64,000 nt of DNA from an uncultured Candidatus Saccharibacteria bacterium (GCA_964599225.1 CAZRDO010000001.1:15153-79152), one strand, 5' to 3'. Positions 49,757 through 59,346 are shown, counted from the first letter of the stretch. Made by a program: numbers and translations. The notes: generated by a model from the letters alone, not told the origin.

Positions 49757-50623
49757 ATGTATTTGTCCGACTCCAAAATTAAAGAACTTGAGCTCACAGC
49801 AAATTCCATTCGCGAATCGATAATCAAAATGCTACTGGAAGCGGGAAGTGGTCATACTGCTGGACCCCTTGGCATGACTGATATCTTCACCCTCCTTTTC
49901 TTTCATGTACTCAAACATGATGCAAAGAATCCTTCGTGGGATGAGCGCGATCGCGTAGTGCTCTCAAATGGTCATATTTGTCCGGTCTATTATGCGACCA
50001 TGGCCCATGCTGCATATTTCCCTATAGAGGAGCTTCAGACACTGCGTAAATTTGGCTCACGACTCCAAGGTCACCCGCACAGAGAATTTATGCCATGGCT
50101 TGAGACAAGTTCTGGACCACTCGGAAGCGGACTCTCTCAAGCAGTCGGCATGGCACTTGCAATTAGAATTGATGAAGGCAATAGTTCTGACAAATTTGTG
50201 TACTGTCTCACCTCTGATGGCGAACACGATGAGGGTAATACCTGGGAGGGGATTTTATTGGCGGCTAAGGAAAAACTTCGAAATTTAATTGTCATCGTTG
50301 ATCGCAATAATATCCAGATTGACGGCTTTACTGAAGATATTATGCCGCTAGATGACATGGCCAAAAAATATGAGAGCTTTAATTGGCATGTGCAGGAAGT
50401 TGATGGGCATAATTTTGAAGCGCTCAACGATGCCATCTTGAAAGCTAAAGCAGTGTACGAGAAACCTTCAGTCATAATTGCCCGCACAATCCCAGGCAAA
50501 GGCGTGAAAGAATTCGAACGAGATTTTCATTGGCATGGTAAAGCACCGAATAAAGATGAAGCGATGATGGCATTGAAAGAATTGCGGACCTTAGGTGGTA
50601 AAATTAAAAGCGAACATCAATAA
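49757..50623 (+). CDS. Transketolase, N-terminal subunit
   Basis: SGH, RDRVVLSNGH, LQGHP, GPLGSGLS, DGEHDEG..WE, WHGKAP. Confidence 0.95.
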   Translation: MYLSDSKIKELELTANSIRESIIKMLLEAGSGHTAGPLGMTDIFTLLFFHVLKHDAKNPSWDERDRVVLSNGHICPVYYATMAHAAYFPIEELQTLRKFGSRLQGHPHREFMPWLETSSGPLGSGLSQAVGMALAIRIDEGNSSDKFVYCLTSDGEHDEGNTWEGILLAAKEKLRNLIVIVDRNNIQIDGFTEDIMPLDDMAKKYESFNWHVQEVDGHNFEALNDAILKAKAVYEKPSVIIARTIPGKGVKEFERDFHWHGKAPNKDEAMMALKELRTLGGKIKSEHQ

Positions 50624-50624
50624 T

Positions 50625-50801
50625 ATGAAAGATAAAATTCCTAAAATACTAATTATTATCGGGTTTGTACTTTTAGCTTTTCAAATATTCTTGTTATTTT
50701 CAGATAGTTGGTCAATAAAAGGCGGATATTCACTTAAAATGATACCTCTTGGACTCCTAGCACTTTTGATCGGATTTACAAACCTGAAAGCTAGAAAATA
50801 A
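50625..50801 (+). CDS. Small two-TM membrane protein
   Basis: 58 aa, two hydrophobic segments; ATG 1 nt after the tkt-N stop. Confidence 0.65.
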   Translation: MKDKIPKILIIIGFVLLAFQIFLLFSDSWSIKGGYSLKMIPLGLLALLIGFTNLKARK

Positions 50802-50846
50802 ATGCTAAATCAAAATCTAAAACTAAATTATAAACTCACGGAATGA
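50802..50846 (+). pseudogene. Relic copy of transketolase C-subunit 5' end
   Basis: MLNQNLKLNYKLTE* versus MLNPEQKLNQKLF at 51147 (8 of first 12 aa identical). Confidence 0.7.
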
Positions 50847-50893
50847 AGTATTATGAGAAATTTCGACTACGCCGTTAAAACTAATTTAAAAAT

Positions 50894-51118
50894 ATGAGAG
50901 ATCTAGTTCTTATAATTGTTATTGGAGGATTGATATCTGTCGGCTATTATTTTTGGCAAGATCATCAAAATTCTCTCACCCTCACTCAATCACACGAGAG
51001 CCAATGTGAAGACAATATGAAAACTATGAAATTTGATTCCCAGCAAGCAAGTGACGATTACTTTATCAACTGTCTTTCTGGCCAAATTGATTTACAGCAA
51101 CCCGGACTTCATGATTAA
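50894..51118 (+). CDS. Small membrane-anchored protein with a Cys pair
   Basis: N-terminal TM; C..M..M.F.....D.F...C. Confidence 0.7.
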   Translation: MRDLVLIIVIGGLISVGYYFWQDHQNSLTLTQSHESQCEDNMKTMKFDSQQASDDYFINCLSGQIDLQQPGLHD

Positions 51119-51146
51119 ATTATGAATAATATTATAGATAGTTAAA

Positions 51147-52139
51147 ATGCTTAATCCTGAACAAAAACTAAATCAGAAACTTTTCCTTGATGATGTCGAG
51201 CAGGTTCCTATTCGTAAAGGATTTGGCGAAGGCTTAGCTGAAGCCGGTGTGGATAATAAAAACATCGTTGCACTTTGTGCCGACCTTACTGAGAGTACCC
51301 AAATGCATCTTTTCAAAGATAAATTCCCAGAGCGATTTATTGAAGTCGGCGTGGCGGAGCAGAATCTTGTCACAGTTGCTTCAGGTATGGCAGCAATGGG
51401 GAAGCGAGCATTTGTCTCTTCATATGCCATGTTTAGTCCTGGACGCAACTGGGAGCAAATTAGAACGACTATTACCTATAACGATCGCGGAGTTGTGATC
51501 GTGGGCTCCCATGCTGGTATCTCAGTGGGACCAGACGGTGGTACGCACCAAGCAATTGAAGACATGGCGCTTATGAGAATACTTCCAAATATGATTGTCC
51601 TCTCACCCTCTGATGCAATTGAAGCCAAGAAAGCCACAATTGCCCTGGCAAAGATCAATACACCAACCTATTTGCGACTCGCTCGTGAAAAAACCCCAGT
51701 CATGACCACCACCGAGACACCATTTGAGATTGGTAAAGCACAGATTTTCTACCGCCCTGACGGTATTGCACATGTCGGTATTATTGCCACAGGAGCGCTT
51801 GTCCACAAGGCACTACTCGCCGCACGTGATCTTGAGAAAAAGGGAATTAAGGCACTTGTGGTGAATCTTGCGACAATAAAGCCACTTGATCACGAGACAA
51901 TACTTACTGTTGCCAAAGAAACTCGTAAAATTGTCACCGTCGAAGAGCATCAAATCGCTGGCGGAATGGGAAGTGCTGTAGCTGAATACTTAGCAAGCAT
52001 CTTTCCAGTACCAATTGAGTTTGTTGGAGTACACGACAAATATGGCCAGTCAGGCACACCAGCTGAACTTATTGAGCACTATGGTATGGGAAAGAATAAT
52101 ATTATTGAAGCCGTACAGAAAGTTATTGACCGAAATTAG
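51147..52139 (+). CDS. Transketolase, C-terminal subunit
   Basis: ADLTES, GVAEQN, GPDGGTHQ, YLRLAR, VEEHQ..GG.GS. Confidence 0.95.
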   Translation: MLNPEQKLNQKLFLDDVEQVPIRKGFGEGLAEAGVDNKNIVALCADLTESTQMHLFKDKFPERFIEVGVAEQNLVTVASGMAAMGKRAFVSSYAMFSPGRNWEQIRTTITYNDRGVVIVGSHAGISVGPDGGTHQAIEDMALMRILPNMIVLSPSDAIEAKKATIALAKINTPTYLRLAREKTPVMTTTETPFEIGKAQIFYRPDGIAHVGIIATGALVHKALLAARDLEKKGIKALVVNLATIKPLDHETILTVAKETRKIVTVEEHQIAGGMGSAVAEYLASIFPVPIEFVGVHDKYGQSGTPAELIEHYGMGKNNIIEAVQKVIDRN

Positions 52140-52408
52140 TTCTCCTGATTATTTCCTGAAATCTGACTTTTACTAATCTTCTGAATTACTTCAGCCATAC
52201 CAATTTCACCTTTTATTCGTTCAATACGACCACTTAGTTTAAGTCTCTGATCAGGATCTTCAGTATGTAAAAATTCTTGATTAAGCCTTTGGAGTTCAAG
52301 AGTTTTGGTATCAGCAATCTGCTCCTTTGCTTTAATTTCATTTTGCCAAAACTCTGGTCTAAAATCTTTAGGTGATCCTTTATTAAATGATTCAGGAGTA
52401 TTTTTCAT
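52136..52408 (-). CDS. Hypothetical coiled-coil protein
   Basis: 90-aa ORF downstream of pfkB on the same strand. Confidence 0.6.
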   Translation of the reverse strand: MKNTPESFNKGSPKDFRPEFWQNEIKAKEQIADTKTLELQRLNQEFLHTEDPDQRLKLSGRIERIKGEIGMAEVIQKISKSQISGNNQEN

Positions 52409-52424
52409 TTAAATTTTCTTTAGG

Positions 52425-53435
52425 TTAGATTTGTTGCGGCTTATAGTCCTCTGGTGCTCGATCAAGGAATTCTTGGAGTTTTTCTGCACTAAGGAGACCC
52501 TCTTGAGCTCCTATACCCTGAGTAACTGACATAGCATTAATTGGCGCCCAGAGTAGTGCTTCTTCTAGCGTTTTTCCCATTGAGAGACACGAAGTAAGGG
52601 TTGAGCTAAACGCATCACCTGCACCAGTCCGTTCAATCGGTGTGTGAGGGTAGACTGGCATAAACCAGTACGTTCCATCTTTATCTCTCGCATAAGCGCC
52701 ATCAATCCCGTCAGTCATGATAATTATTTTTGGTCCGAGTTTGGAAAGTCTATCCATCAATTTTTTCTTGCCCTCTATTGATTTTGCTGGCTCACCATCG
52801 GTGATGCCAAGAATTCGCTCGGCTTCTTCAACATTACAGAAAAATATTTCTGACATTTCATAAACGTCTTTTATTTTTTCAAGACCTAGTTTGATTTGGA
52901 ATGTCCCCGGCTGGAAGGCAAGCTTTGTTTCAGGGTGTGCTCGAAGCCACTCGGCAATCTCATGATGAAATGCTTCTGTGTTCTCTCCAAGAGAGGAAAG
53001 ATAGATCCACTTCGGTGAATTTTCTAGGACTGGCATATGACGGATAAACGGTGCGTGCTTAACCAAAATTGTCCGCTCAACACCATACCAGAGCACGTAG
53101 TGGTAATTTGTTGGCAAACTAGGATCAGTTTCAACGAGCTCAGTCATGACACCATTTCCTTCTAATGCTGAGATGCATCCTTTACCATTTTCATCATTTC
53201 CCACAACTACACTGAGTGCTGAATTGAGTCCAAGTCGTGATGCTGCGACAGCTGCATTTGGACTATTACCCACTGCGTAGATGACCTTCACGTCCTCGTA
53301 GGGAACTTTGTCACCAAAACGCAGACAGAGCTCTTCAGCCAGCTCATTTTTCATATGATGCGTATGTGCATCAGAGAGTTTAATAAACGCGTCAATCACA
53401 ATATCGCCAATCGCAAGAAAGTCTATAGTTTTCAT
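52425..53435 (-). CDS. PfkB/ribokinase-family sugar kinase
   Basis: GNSPNAAV..SRLG, N..EA, ERTGAGDAF. Confidence 0.92.
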   Translation of the reverse strand: MKTIDFLAIGDIVIDAFIKLSDAHTHHMKNELAEELCLRFGDKVPYEDVKVIYAVGNSPNAAVAASRLGLNSALSVVVGNDENGKGCISALEGNGVMTELVETDPSLPTNYHYVLWYGVERTILVKHAPFIRHMPVLENSPKWIYLSSLGENTEAFHHEIAEWLRAHPETKLAFQPGTFQIKLGLEKIKDVYEMSEIFFCNVEEAERILGITDGEPAKSIEGKKKLMDRLSKLGPKIIIMTDGIDGAYARDKDGTYWFMPVYPHTPIERTGAGDAFSSTLTSCLSMGKTLEEALLWAPINAMSVTQGIGAQEGLLSAEKLQEFLDRAPEDYKPQQI

Positions 53436-53523
53436 AGGAGTAATTGTAGCAAATACAGTATAAATCTAGCCTGTTGACATTAATGTAGACACGTGCTAGT
53501 TTATACTCAGAAAATAAAAATCA

Positions 53524-53901
53524 ATGAGAAAAGGGAAAAATTATAATTTCGAAAAATTGCCTGAAAACTTCATTACACTCGAAAGAATTGAAGGAGGAAT
53601 AATAGACATGTTCAGGGATAATCCTCAGCATGAAAATTTTTTTAAACTCACACACATCGGGGAATTTACGGGACTAATTCTTACAGAAAACGTAGCATGT
53701 CTGATGCATTATTGTGTAAAAACGGATGTAGCCCAGCTTGCCCTGGCAGATCCGAAAAAAATTACTGAGTATAAAGAACCTCCGACCGTTTTGAAAATCG
53801 ACACCAATGGAATTCATCAGTTTTTCAACCCCGGTCAAGCGCATCCTGAAATAATTCAGGCCTGCAACTTCATTAAACAGCATCTTCAAATCACCGCCTA
53901 A
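53524..53901 (+). CDS. Hypothetical protein
   Basis: 125-aa ORF, TTGACA upstream, stop inside hairpin ACCGC..GCGGT plus T run. Confidence 0.6.
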   Translation: MRKGKNYNFEKLPENFITLERIEGGIIDMFRDNPQHENFFKLTHIGEFTGLILTENVACLMHYCVKTDVAQLALADPKKITEYKEPPTVLKIDTNGIHQFFNPGQAHPEIIQACNFIKQHLQITA

Positions 53902-53941
53902 CAGCGGTTTTTTCTTTTTTAAATGCTGGTATACTAGAGAA

Positions 53942-54928
53942 ATGCAGAAAGAAATCATAGAGCGACTTTTTAAAAAGCCCAAAGGAATCCTCGCAATTGA
54001 TGAGAGTATCGAGACCTGTAACAAAAGGTTTAAATCCTATGGAATTCCAGAGACAGAAGAAATGCGACGAGAGTATCGAGAACTTATTCTTACAACAGAA
54101 GGCATTGAGGAATATATTTCCGGAATGATTCTCTTTGATGAAACCATCCACCAAGCTACTAAAGACGGGGTGTCATTTACGACCCTTATGAAAGAAAAAG
54201 CTATCGAAATTGGTATTAAGGTTGACGAAGGCCTCACCAATTTTGGTACAGATGGAGAAAAAATAACAAAGGGTCTGGAAGGATTGCCAGAGAGACTTAC
54301 GCAATATAAATCTCTTGGCGCAACATTTACGAAATTTAGAAGTGTTTACACTATCAGCTCTAGTACTCCAACAGAAGCTCTCATGCACGAGACTGCCAAA
54401 ACATTTGCAGAGTACGCACGTGTAGTACTAGAAGCGGGTATGGTTCCGATAATTGAGCCAGAAGTGCTCATGGATGGTGCACACACGATTGAGCAATGCT
54501 TTGATGTTACGAGTAAAAATCTCGATATACTTTTCCAAACACTTACTGAACAGAATATTCCGATTGACCAGATTATTCTAAAAACAAATATGGTAATCGG
54601 TGGACACGATAATCCTAGCCGCGAGAGTGTGAAAGATGTTGCAGTATTTACACTTAAGTGTCTTCGAGAGCATGTGCCAGAGAGTGTCGGCGGCATCGTG
54701 TTCCTCTCTGGTGGGCAAGACGATACGGAATCAACACTACATCTTGAAGTTATTGAGGAAATGGGTCCACTTCCTTGGCCGCTCACATTTTCTTATGGCC
54801 GAGCAATCCAACATGATGCGCTCACACATTGGGCATCAAACCAAGATGACATTTCTGGTGCCCAAAAACTTCTGCTTGAACGAGCACGGGCAAACAGTCT
54901 AGCTAGTATAGGTAAATATGAAGGATGA
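53942..54928 (+). CDS. Fructose-bisphosphate aldolase class I
   Basis: KGILAIDES, ILFDET, GIKVD.G, VPIIEPEV, FLSGGQ, TFSYGRA. Confidence 0.95.
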   Translation: MQKEIIERLFKKPKGILAIDESIETCNKRFKSYGIPETEEMRREYRELILTTEGIEEYISGMILFDETIHQATKDGVSFTTLMKEKAIEIGIKVDEGLTNFGTDGEKITKGLEGLPERLTQYKSLGATFTKFRSVYTISSSTPTEALMHETAKTFAEYARVVLEAGMVPIIEPEVLMDGAHTIEQCFDVTSKNLDILFQTLTEQNIPIDQIILKTNMVIGGHDNPSRESVKDVAVFTLKCLREHVPESVGGIVFLSGGQDDTESTLHLEVIEEMGPLPWPLTFSYGRAIQHDALTHWASNQDDISGAQKLLLERARANSLASIGKYEG

Positions 54929-56624
54929 AATAAGAAATATAATTAAAGGTGATGTCGATGATTCATCGGAGACGCTACTCAAATACTCGCATGATGCGAG
55001 TCTCTTTGAGATTACGCCTGCACTCGTAGTCTATCCAAAGGACTCATCTGATATTCAAGCACTCGTCAAATGGGTGAAAGATCATAAGAAAGAATATCCC
55101 ACACTTTCAATCACACCCCGCGCTGCCGGCACTGATATGTCTGGCGGACCGCTTAATGACTCGATCATACTTGATACTTCCAAGTACATGAATATTATTG
55201 GTGAAGTAAGAAGAATCTCACCATATATGATGGTGCCTAAATTTCCTGGTTCACATGAAGTCACTATTACAGGTGAAGTATCTCTACTTCCAGGTGCGTT
55301 TTATCGAGACCTTGAATCAAAAACCCTTCCACTCAATTTACTCCTTCCTTGTTATACAGCTTCGAAGAGTATTAATGCACTTGGAGGCATGGTGGGGAAT
55401 AACTCAGGAGGGGAGCTGACACTCCGTTATGGCAAAACTGAAGATTATGTCAAAGCACTTAAAATAGTGCTCAATGATGGTAATGAGTACACACTACGAC
55501 CACTTACTCGTAAAGAGCTCTATGGGAAAATCGCCGGAGTCGGCTTTGAAGGAGAATTATATAAAAAACTCTACGGAATTCTTGAAGAAAATAGAGAGGT
55601 AATTGAAGCGGCAAAGCCTAATGTTTCCAAAAATTCTGCAGGATATAACCTCTGGAATGTTATGACAAAAGGCGTCACAAGTGATGAAGATATATTTGAT
55701 CCGTGCCAACTCATTGTGGGTTCGCAAGGTACATTCGGAATAGTTACAGAGATTACACTTCGTCTCGTTGATTTACCACAACACACCAAGCTTGCTGTCG
55801 TGTTTCTTCAAGATACAAACCGTTTGGGTGAAATTGTTGATGAAATTCTTCTCACAAAACCACTCTCAGTAGAGTCCTACGACGATAAAACATTTAAGCT
55901 TGGTGTAAAATTTTTTCGAGAATTTGTCCATGCAAAGGGTATTATGGGTTCGCTACGGTTTGGGCTCTCATTTGTACCTGAGTTCACAATGAGTCTCCTC
56001 GGCGGTATTCCAGCCATGATTTTACTTGTTGAATATGATGGTGAATCCGAAACTCTTGTGCACAAAAAGTGTGTTGACCTCATCAAGAGACTCACGAAAT
56101 TTAAACTCCATACTCATATCACTCGAGGCGCTCGTGAGAGTGAAAAGTATTGGGAATTTAGACGTGACAGCTTCTCACTTCTCCGGAAACACGCGGGTAG
56201 TATGCGTACCGCACCGTTTATTGATGACTTTATTGTTCGACCTGAATTTCTGCCTGAGTTTTTACCAAAACTTAACGCACTTTTGAGTAATTATCCTAGT
56301 CTTATCTATACAATTGCAGGACACGCCGCTAACGGCAACTTCCATATCATTCCACTCATGGATGTTCACGCCACACTCAGAGAAGAGATTATTCTCAAGC
56401 TCTCAGAAAGTGTCTATAACCTCGTACTTGAGTACAAGGGCTCGATTACCGCGGAGCATAACGATGGCATTATCCGTTCACCATTTCTCAAGCAAATGTA
56501 TGGAGACAAAATCTATAGCTTATTTCAGCAAGTAAAAAATCTTTTTGATCCAGAAACTATATTTAACCCGCATAAGAAGGTTGGGGTAGGGAAGGAGGAT
56601 ATTGTGAAATATTTACAACATTAA
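54918..56624 (+). CDS. FAD-linked oxidoreductase (GlcD/D-lactate dehydrogenase-like)
   Basis: PRAAGTDMSGG, GGMVGNNSGG, GSQGTFG, GH..GNFH, AEHNDG, FDP..IFNP. Confidence 0.88.
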   Translation: MKDEIRNIIKGDVDDSSETLLKYSHDASLFEITPALVVYPKDSSDIQALVKWVKDHKKEYPTLSITPRAAGTDMSGGPLNDSIILDTSKYMNIIGEVRRISPYMMVPKFPGSHEVTITGEVSLLPGAFYRDLESKTLPLNLLLPCYTASKSINALGGMVGNNSGGELTLRYGKTEDYVKALKIVLNDGNEYTLRPLTRKELYGKIAGVGFEGELYKKLYGILEENREVIEAAKPNVSKNSAGYNLWNVMTKGVTSDEDIFDPCQLIVGSQGTFGIVTEITLRLVDLPQHTKLAVVFLQDTNRLGEIVDEILLTKPLSVESYDDKTFKLGVKFFREFVHAKGIMGSLRFGLSFVPEFTMSLLGGIPAMILLVEYDGESETLVHKKCVDLIKRLTKFKLHTHITRGARESEKYWEFRRDSFSLLRKHAGSMRTAPFIDDFIVRPEFLPEFLPKLNALLSNYPSLIYTIAGHAANGNFHIIPLMDVHATLREEIILKLSESVYNLVLEYKGSITAEHNDGIIRSPFLKQMYGDKIYSLFQQVKNLFDPETIFNPHKKVGVGKEDIVKYLQH

Positions 56625-56662
56625 TCTAAGTTTACGCAAATAAAAAAGCTCATAATAGAGCT

Positions 56663-56866
56663 TCAAATTTTTTCTTCTGCAAGATTATTGGCTATTTCAA
56701 GAGACATCGGGCCAATTAAAAAATTCTGTGAACAGAACTCAAGAACTGCTGGAACAGAGGCCAATTTTAGTCCATTATCAATTATTTCTGTTTTCTTTGT
56801 AGAAGCTTCACTTTCTGTAAGAACTTTTTTTGTGCCATTACAGTAATATACATAGGAGTTATCCAT
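56663..56866 (-). CDS. Small hypothetical protein
   Basis: 67-aa ORF between a hairpin and a minus-strand TTGACA. Confidence 0.45.
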   Translation of the reverse strand: MDNSYVYYCNGTKKVLTESEASTKKTEIIDNGLKLASVPAVLEFCSQNFLIGPMSLEIANNLAEEKI

Positions 56867-56979
56867 TACTCAGTGTTATCTAGTTTTTAGATTAACATTA
56901 AACTACAATCTGTCAAATTATCCAGATAACATCAATTCTACCACTTGATCTCCTTTAAAATTCATGTATACTATCACCT

Positions 56980-57636
56980 ATGACCGTTACCCTAAAAGCC
57001 GACGCACGTACCCTCGGCGAAAGTGTTGAAAATATCAGAAAAGCTGGCAAAATCCCGGCTGTTTTTTACGGTGCCAAAGCCTCTTCAACAGCAATTACCG
57101 TCAACGACAAAGAGTTTCTCAAAGTCCTCCACGAGGCTGGAGAATCAACCGCAATTAGTCTCAAAACTCCAACTGAGACCCTTGACGTCATGATTCATGA
57201 TATTCAGTTTGATCCAGTGAAAAATAAGCCTCTTCACGTTGATTTCCTCGTCATTGATATGAATAAGCCAATTACCGTTAAAGTTCCTATCGAATTTACT
57301 GGTATCGCACTTGCAGTCAAAAACAGTCTCGGTAATCTCGTTGAGGTCCTTCATGAAATAGAAATTGAAGCTCTTCCTAAGAATCTGCCACACTCACTTC
57401 CAATTGACGTATCAATACTCGCCGAAGTTGATCAGAAACTTCAAATATCAGACATTGCTGTCCCAGCTGGCGTTACAATTCTTGATAATCCAGAAGAAAT
57501 CGTTGCTCTCATTGCACCGTTTGTTGAGGAAAAGGAAGAAGTAGAACCTATTGACCTCTCAGTAATTGAAGTAGAGAAAAAGGGTAAAAAGGATGATGAC
57601 ACCCCTCTAGCGGAGGCAGAAACTCCTGTTGCATAG
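56980..57636 (+). CDS. rplY: 50S ribosomal protein bL25/Ctc
   Basis: R.AGKIPAVFYG, Q.DPV....HVDF, LPKNLP. Confidence 0.95.
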   Translation: MTVTLKADARTLGESVENIRKAGKIPAVFYGAKASSTAITVNDKEFLKVLHEAGESTAISLKTPTETLDVMIHDIQFDPVKNKPLHVDFLVIDMNKPITVKVPIEFTGIALAVKNSLGNLVEVLHEIEIEALPKNLPHSLPIDVSILAEVDQKLQISDIAVPAGVTILDNPEEIVALIAPFVEEKEEVEPIDLSVIEVEKKGKKDDDTPLAEAETPVA

Positions 57637-57665
57637 CTCCAAGTAGACTGTGGTATAATATATCC

Positions 57666-59045
57666 ATGGTCCGCTCTATACGCAGTATCACCATAGCACT
57701 ACTTATTACACTTCTTTCCGGAAGTAGTGTTTTTGTGCTATTTGCTCCATCCCAAATTGCAAAAGCTGAAACTGTCCAGGATGTTGAGGCACAAGAAGCC
57801 AAACTTAAAGCTGAACTTGCTGCACTTGAGCTTGAAATTGCGGCAAAACAAAAGGAACTTGATTCACAGAAAGGCCAATCAGCTTCAATTTCTCGAGACA
57901 TTTCAATTCTGACCACTCAAATCAATAAAGCCAAACTTGATATCAAGTCACGCCAACTCACTATCACAAAACTGACTGGGGAAATTAACCAGAAAAGCTC
58001 TGCTATTGAGACACTTGAGGAGCAGATGGCTAATTCAAAAAATTCCTTGGGTCAGATCCTTAGAAAGACCAATGAAATTGATGATCTTTCAATCGTCAAT
58101 GTGGTACTTTCGAGTAATACACTTTCAAATTTCTATGGAGATGTGGACTCTTTTGCTTCACTGAAGCGTTCGATGAAAGTCTCACTTGACCTTATTAAAC
58201 AAAATAAAACTCAGACGGAAACAGAGAAGGATGAGCTGAAGAAAAAACAAGACGCCGAACTTGATGCGAAAGCAGAGATCGAAAACGCAAAGCATAAAGT
58301 TGAAGTTTCAGAGGGTCAAAAGAAGCAACTTCTAGCTGTTAGTAAGGATAAAGAAAAATCATACCAAACAATCCTTGCCGATCGACAAAAGAAGGCTGCA
58401 CAAATTCGAGCGACACTCTTTGCACTTCGTGACACGAGCTCAATCCCATTTGGTGATGCACTGGTCTTTGCAGAAGAAGCACAAAAGAAAACCGGTGTTC
58501 GTCCAGCATTCCTCCTGGCTATACTCACACAAGAGTCATCCCTCGGTAAAAATGTTGGTTCATGCTATCTTACCGATCCTATCACTGGTGCCGGAGTTGG
58601 AGCTAAGACTGGAACAAGTATCCCTAGTGTTATGAAGCCCTCCCGAGACGTGGCACCATTTCTAGAGATCACCAAGGCGCTCGGTCGTGATCCGTACAAA
58701 ACTCTTGTCTCATGCCCAATCGCTGGTTATGGCTACGGGGGCGCAATGGGACCGGCTCAATTTATCCCTTCAACGTGGAAGCTTTTTCAAGCGAAAATTG
58801 CCACGACCACAGGGCATAATCCACCGAATCCTTGGCTTCCAGAGGACGCCTTTATGGCCTCCGCACTCTATTTGGCTGATCTAGGAGCAGGTGCTGGTAC
58901 CTATACAGCCGAGAAAACTGCTGCCTGTCGCTATTACGGAGGAGGTACAGCCTGTACTGCAGTCACCTCTGTCTATGGTAATTCTGTAATGGTGAAAGCC
59001 ACAACTATCCAGCAAACCATGATTGACCCACTGAAGGATTTATGA
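57666..59045 (+). CDS. Secreted PcsB/CwlO-like coiled-coil protein with lytic transglycosylase domain
   Basis: Signal peptide, long coiled coil, LAILTQES, GAMGPAQFIPSTW. Confidence 0.85.
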   Translation: MVRSIRSITIALLITLLSGSSVFVLFAPSQIAKAETVQDVEAQEAKLKAELAALELEIAAKQKELDSQKGQSASISRDISILTTQINKAKLDIKSRQLTITKLTGEINQKSSAIETLEEQMANSKNSLGQILRKTNEIDDLSIVNVVLSSNTLSNFYGDVDSFASLKRSMKVSLDLIKQNKTQTETEKDELKKKQDAELDAKAEIENAKHKVEVSEGQKKQLLAVSKDKEKSYQTILADRQKKAAQIRATLFALRDTSSIPFGDALVFAEEAQKKTGVRPAFLLAILTQESSLGKNVGSCYLTDPITGAGVGAKTGTSIPSVMKPSRDVAPFLEITKALGRDPYKTLVSCPIAGYGYGGAMGPAQFIPSTWKLFQAKIATTTGHNPPNPWLPEDAFMASALYLADLGAGAGTYTAEKTAACRYYGGGTACTAVTSVYGNSVMVKATTIQQTMIDPLKDL

Positions 59046-59060
59046 TAGAGTTGTCATACT

Positions 59061-59285
59061 ATGCAGAAAAAAATCCATCCAACATATTACGCAAAAGCAG
59101 CTGTCACATGCTCATGTGGCGCAACTTATACTGTCGGTTCTACGATTGAATCATTCAAGGTTGAGATTTGCCGTGCCTGCCATCCTTTCTTCTCTGGAAA
59201 TGAGAAACTCATCGATACTGCAGGACGTGTTGATAAATTCAAGAAGCGTCGTGAAAGTGCAAAGAAACCAGTAAATAGTAAGTAG
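59061..59285 (+). CDS. rpmE: 50S ribosomal protein bL31 (Zn-binding type)
   Basis: IHP.Y, CSCG, CRACHPFF.G, GRVDKF. Confidence 0.96.
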   Translation: MQKKIHPTYYAKAAVTCSCGATYTVGSTIESFKVEICRACHPFFSGNEKLIDTAGRVDKFKKRRESAKKPVNSK

Positions 59286-59346
59286 TAAATAATACGTAGA
59301 GAATCATAAGAGATATCCTCTATTATTTACTTTTAACTATCTACTA
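59270..59346. repeat. Heptamer-repeat imperfect hairpin between rpmE and prfA
   Basis: AGTAAATAGTAAGTAGTAAATAATA pairs with TATTATTTACTTTTAACTATCTACT; first 21 nt identical to 10175-10195. Confidence 0.6.
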
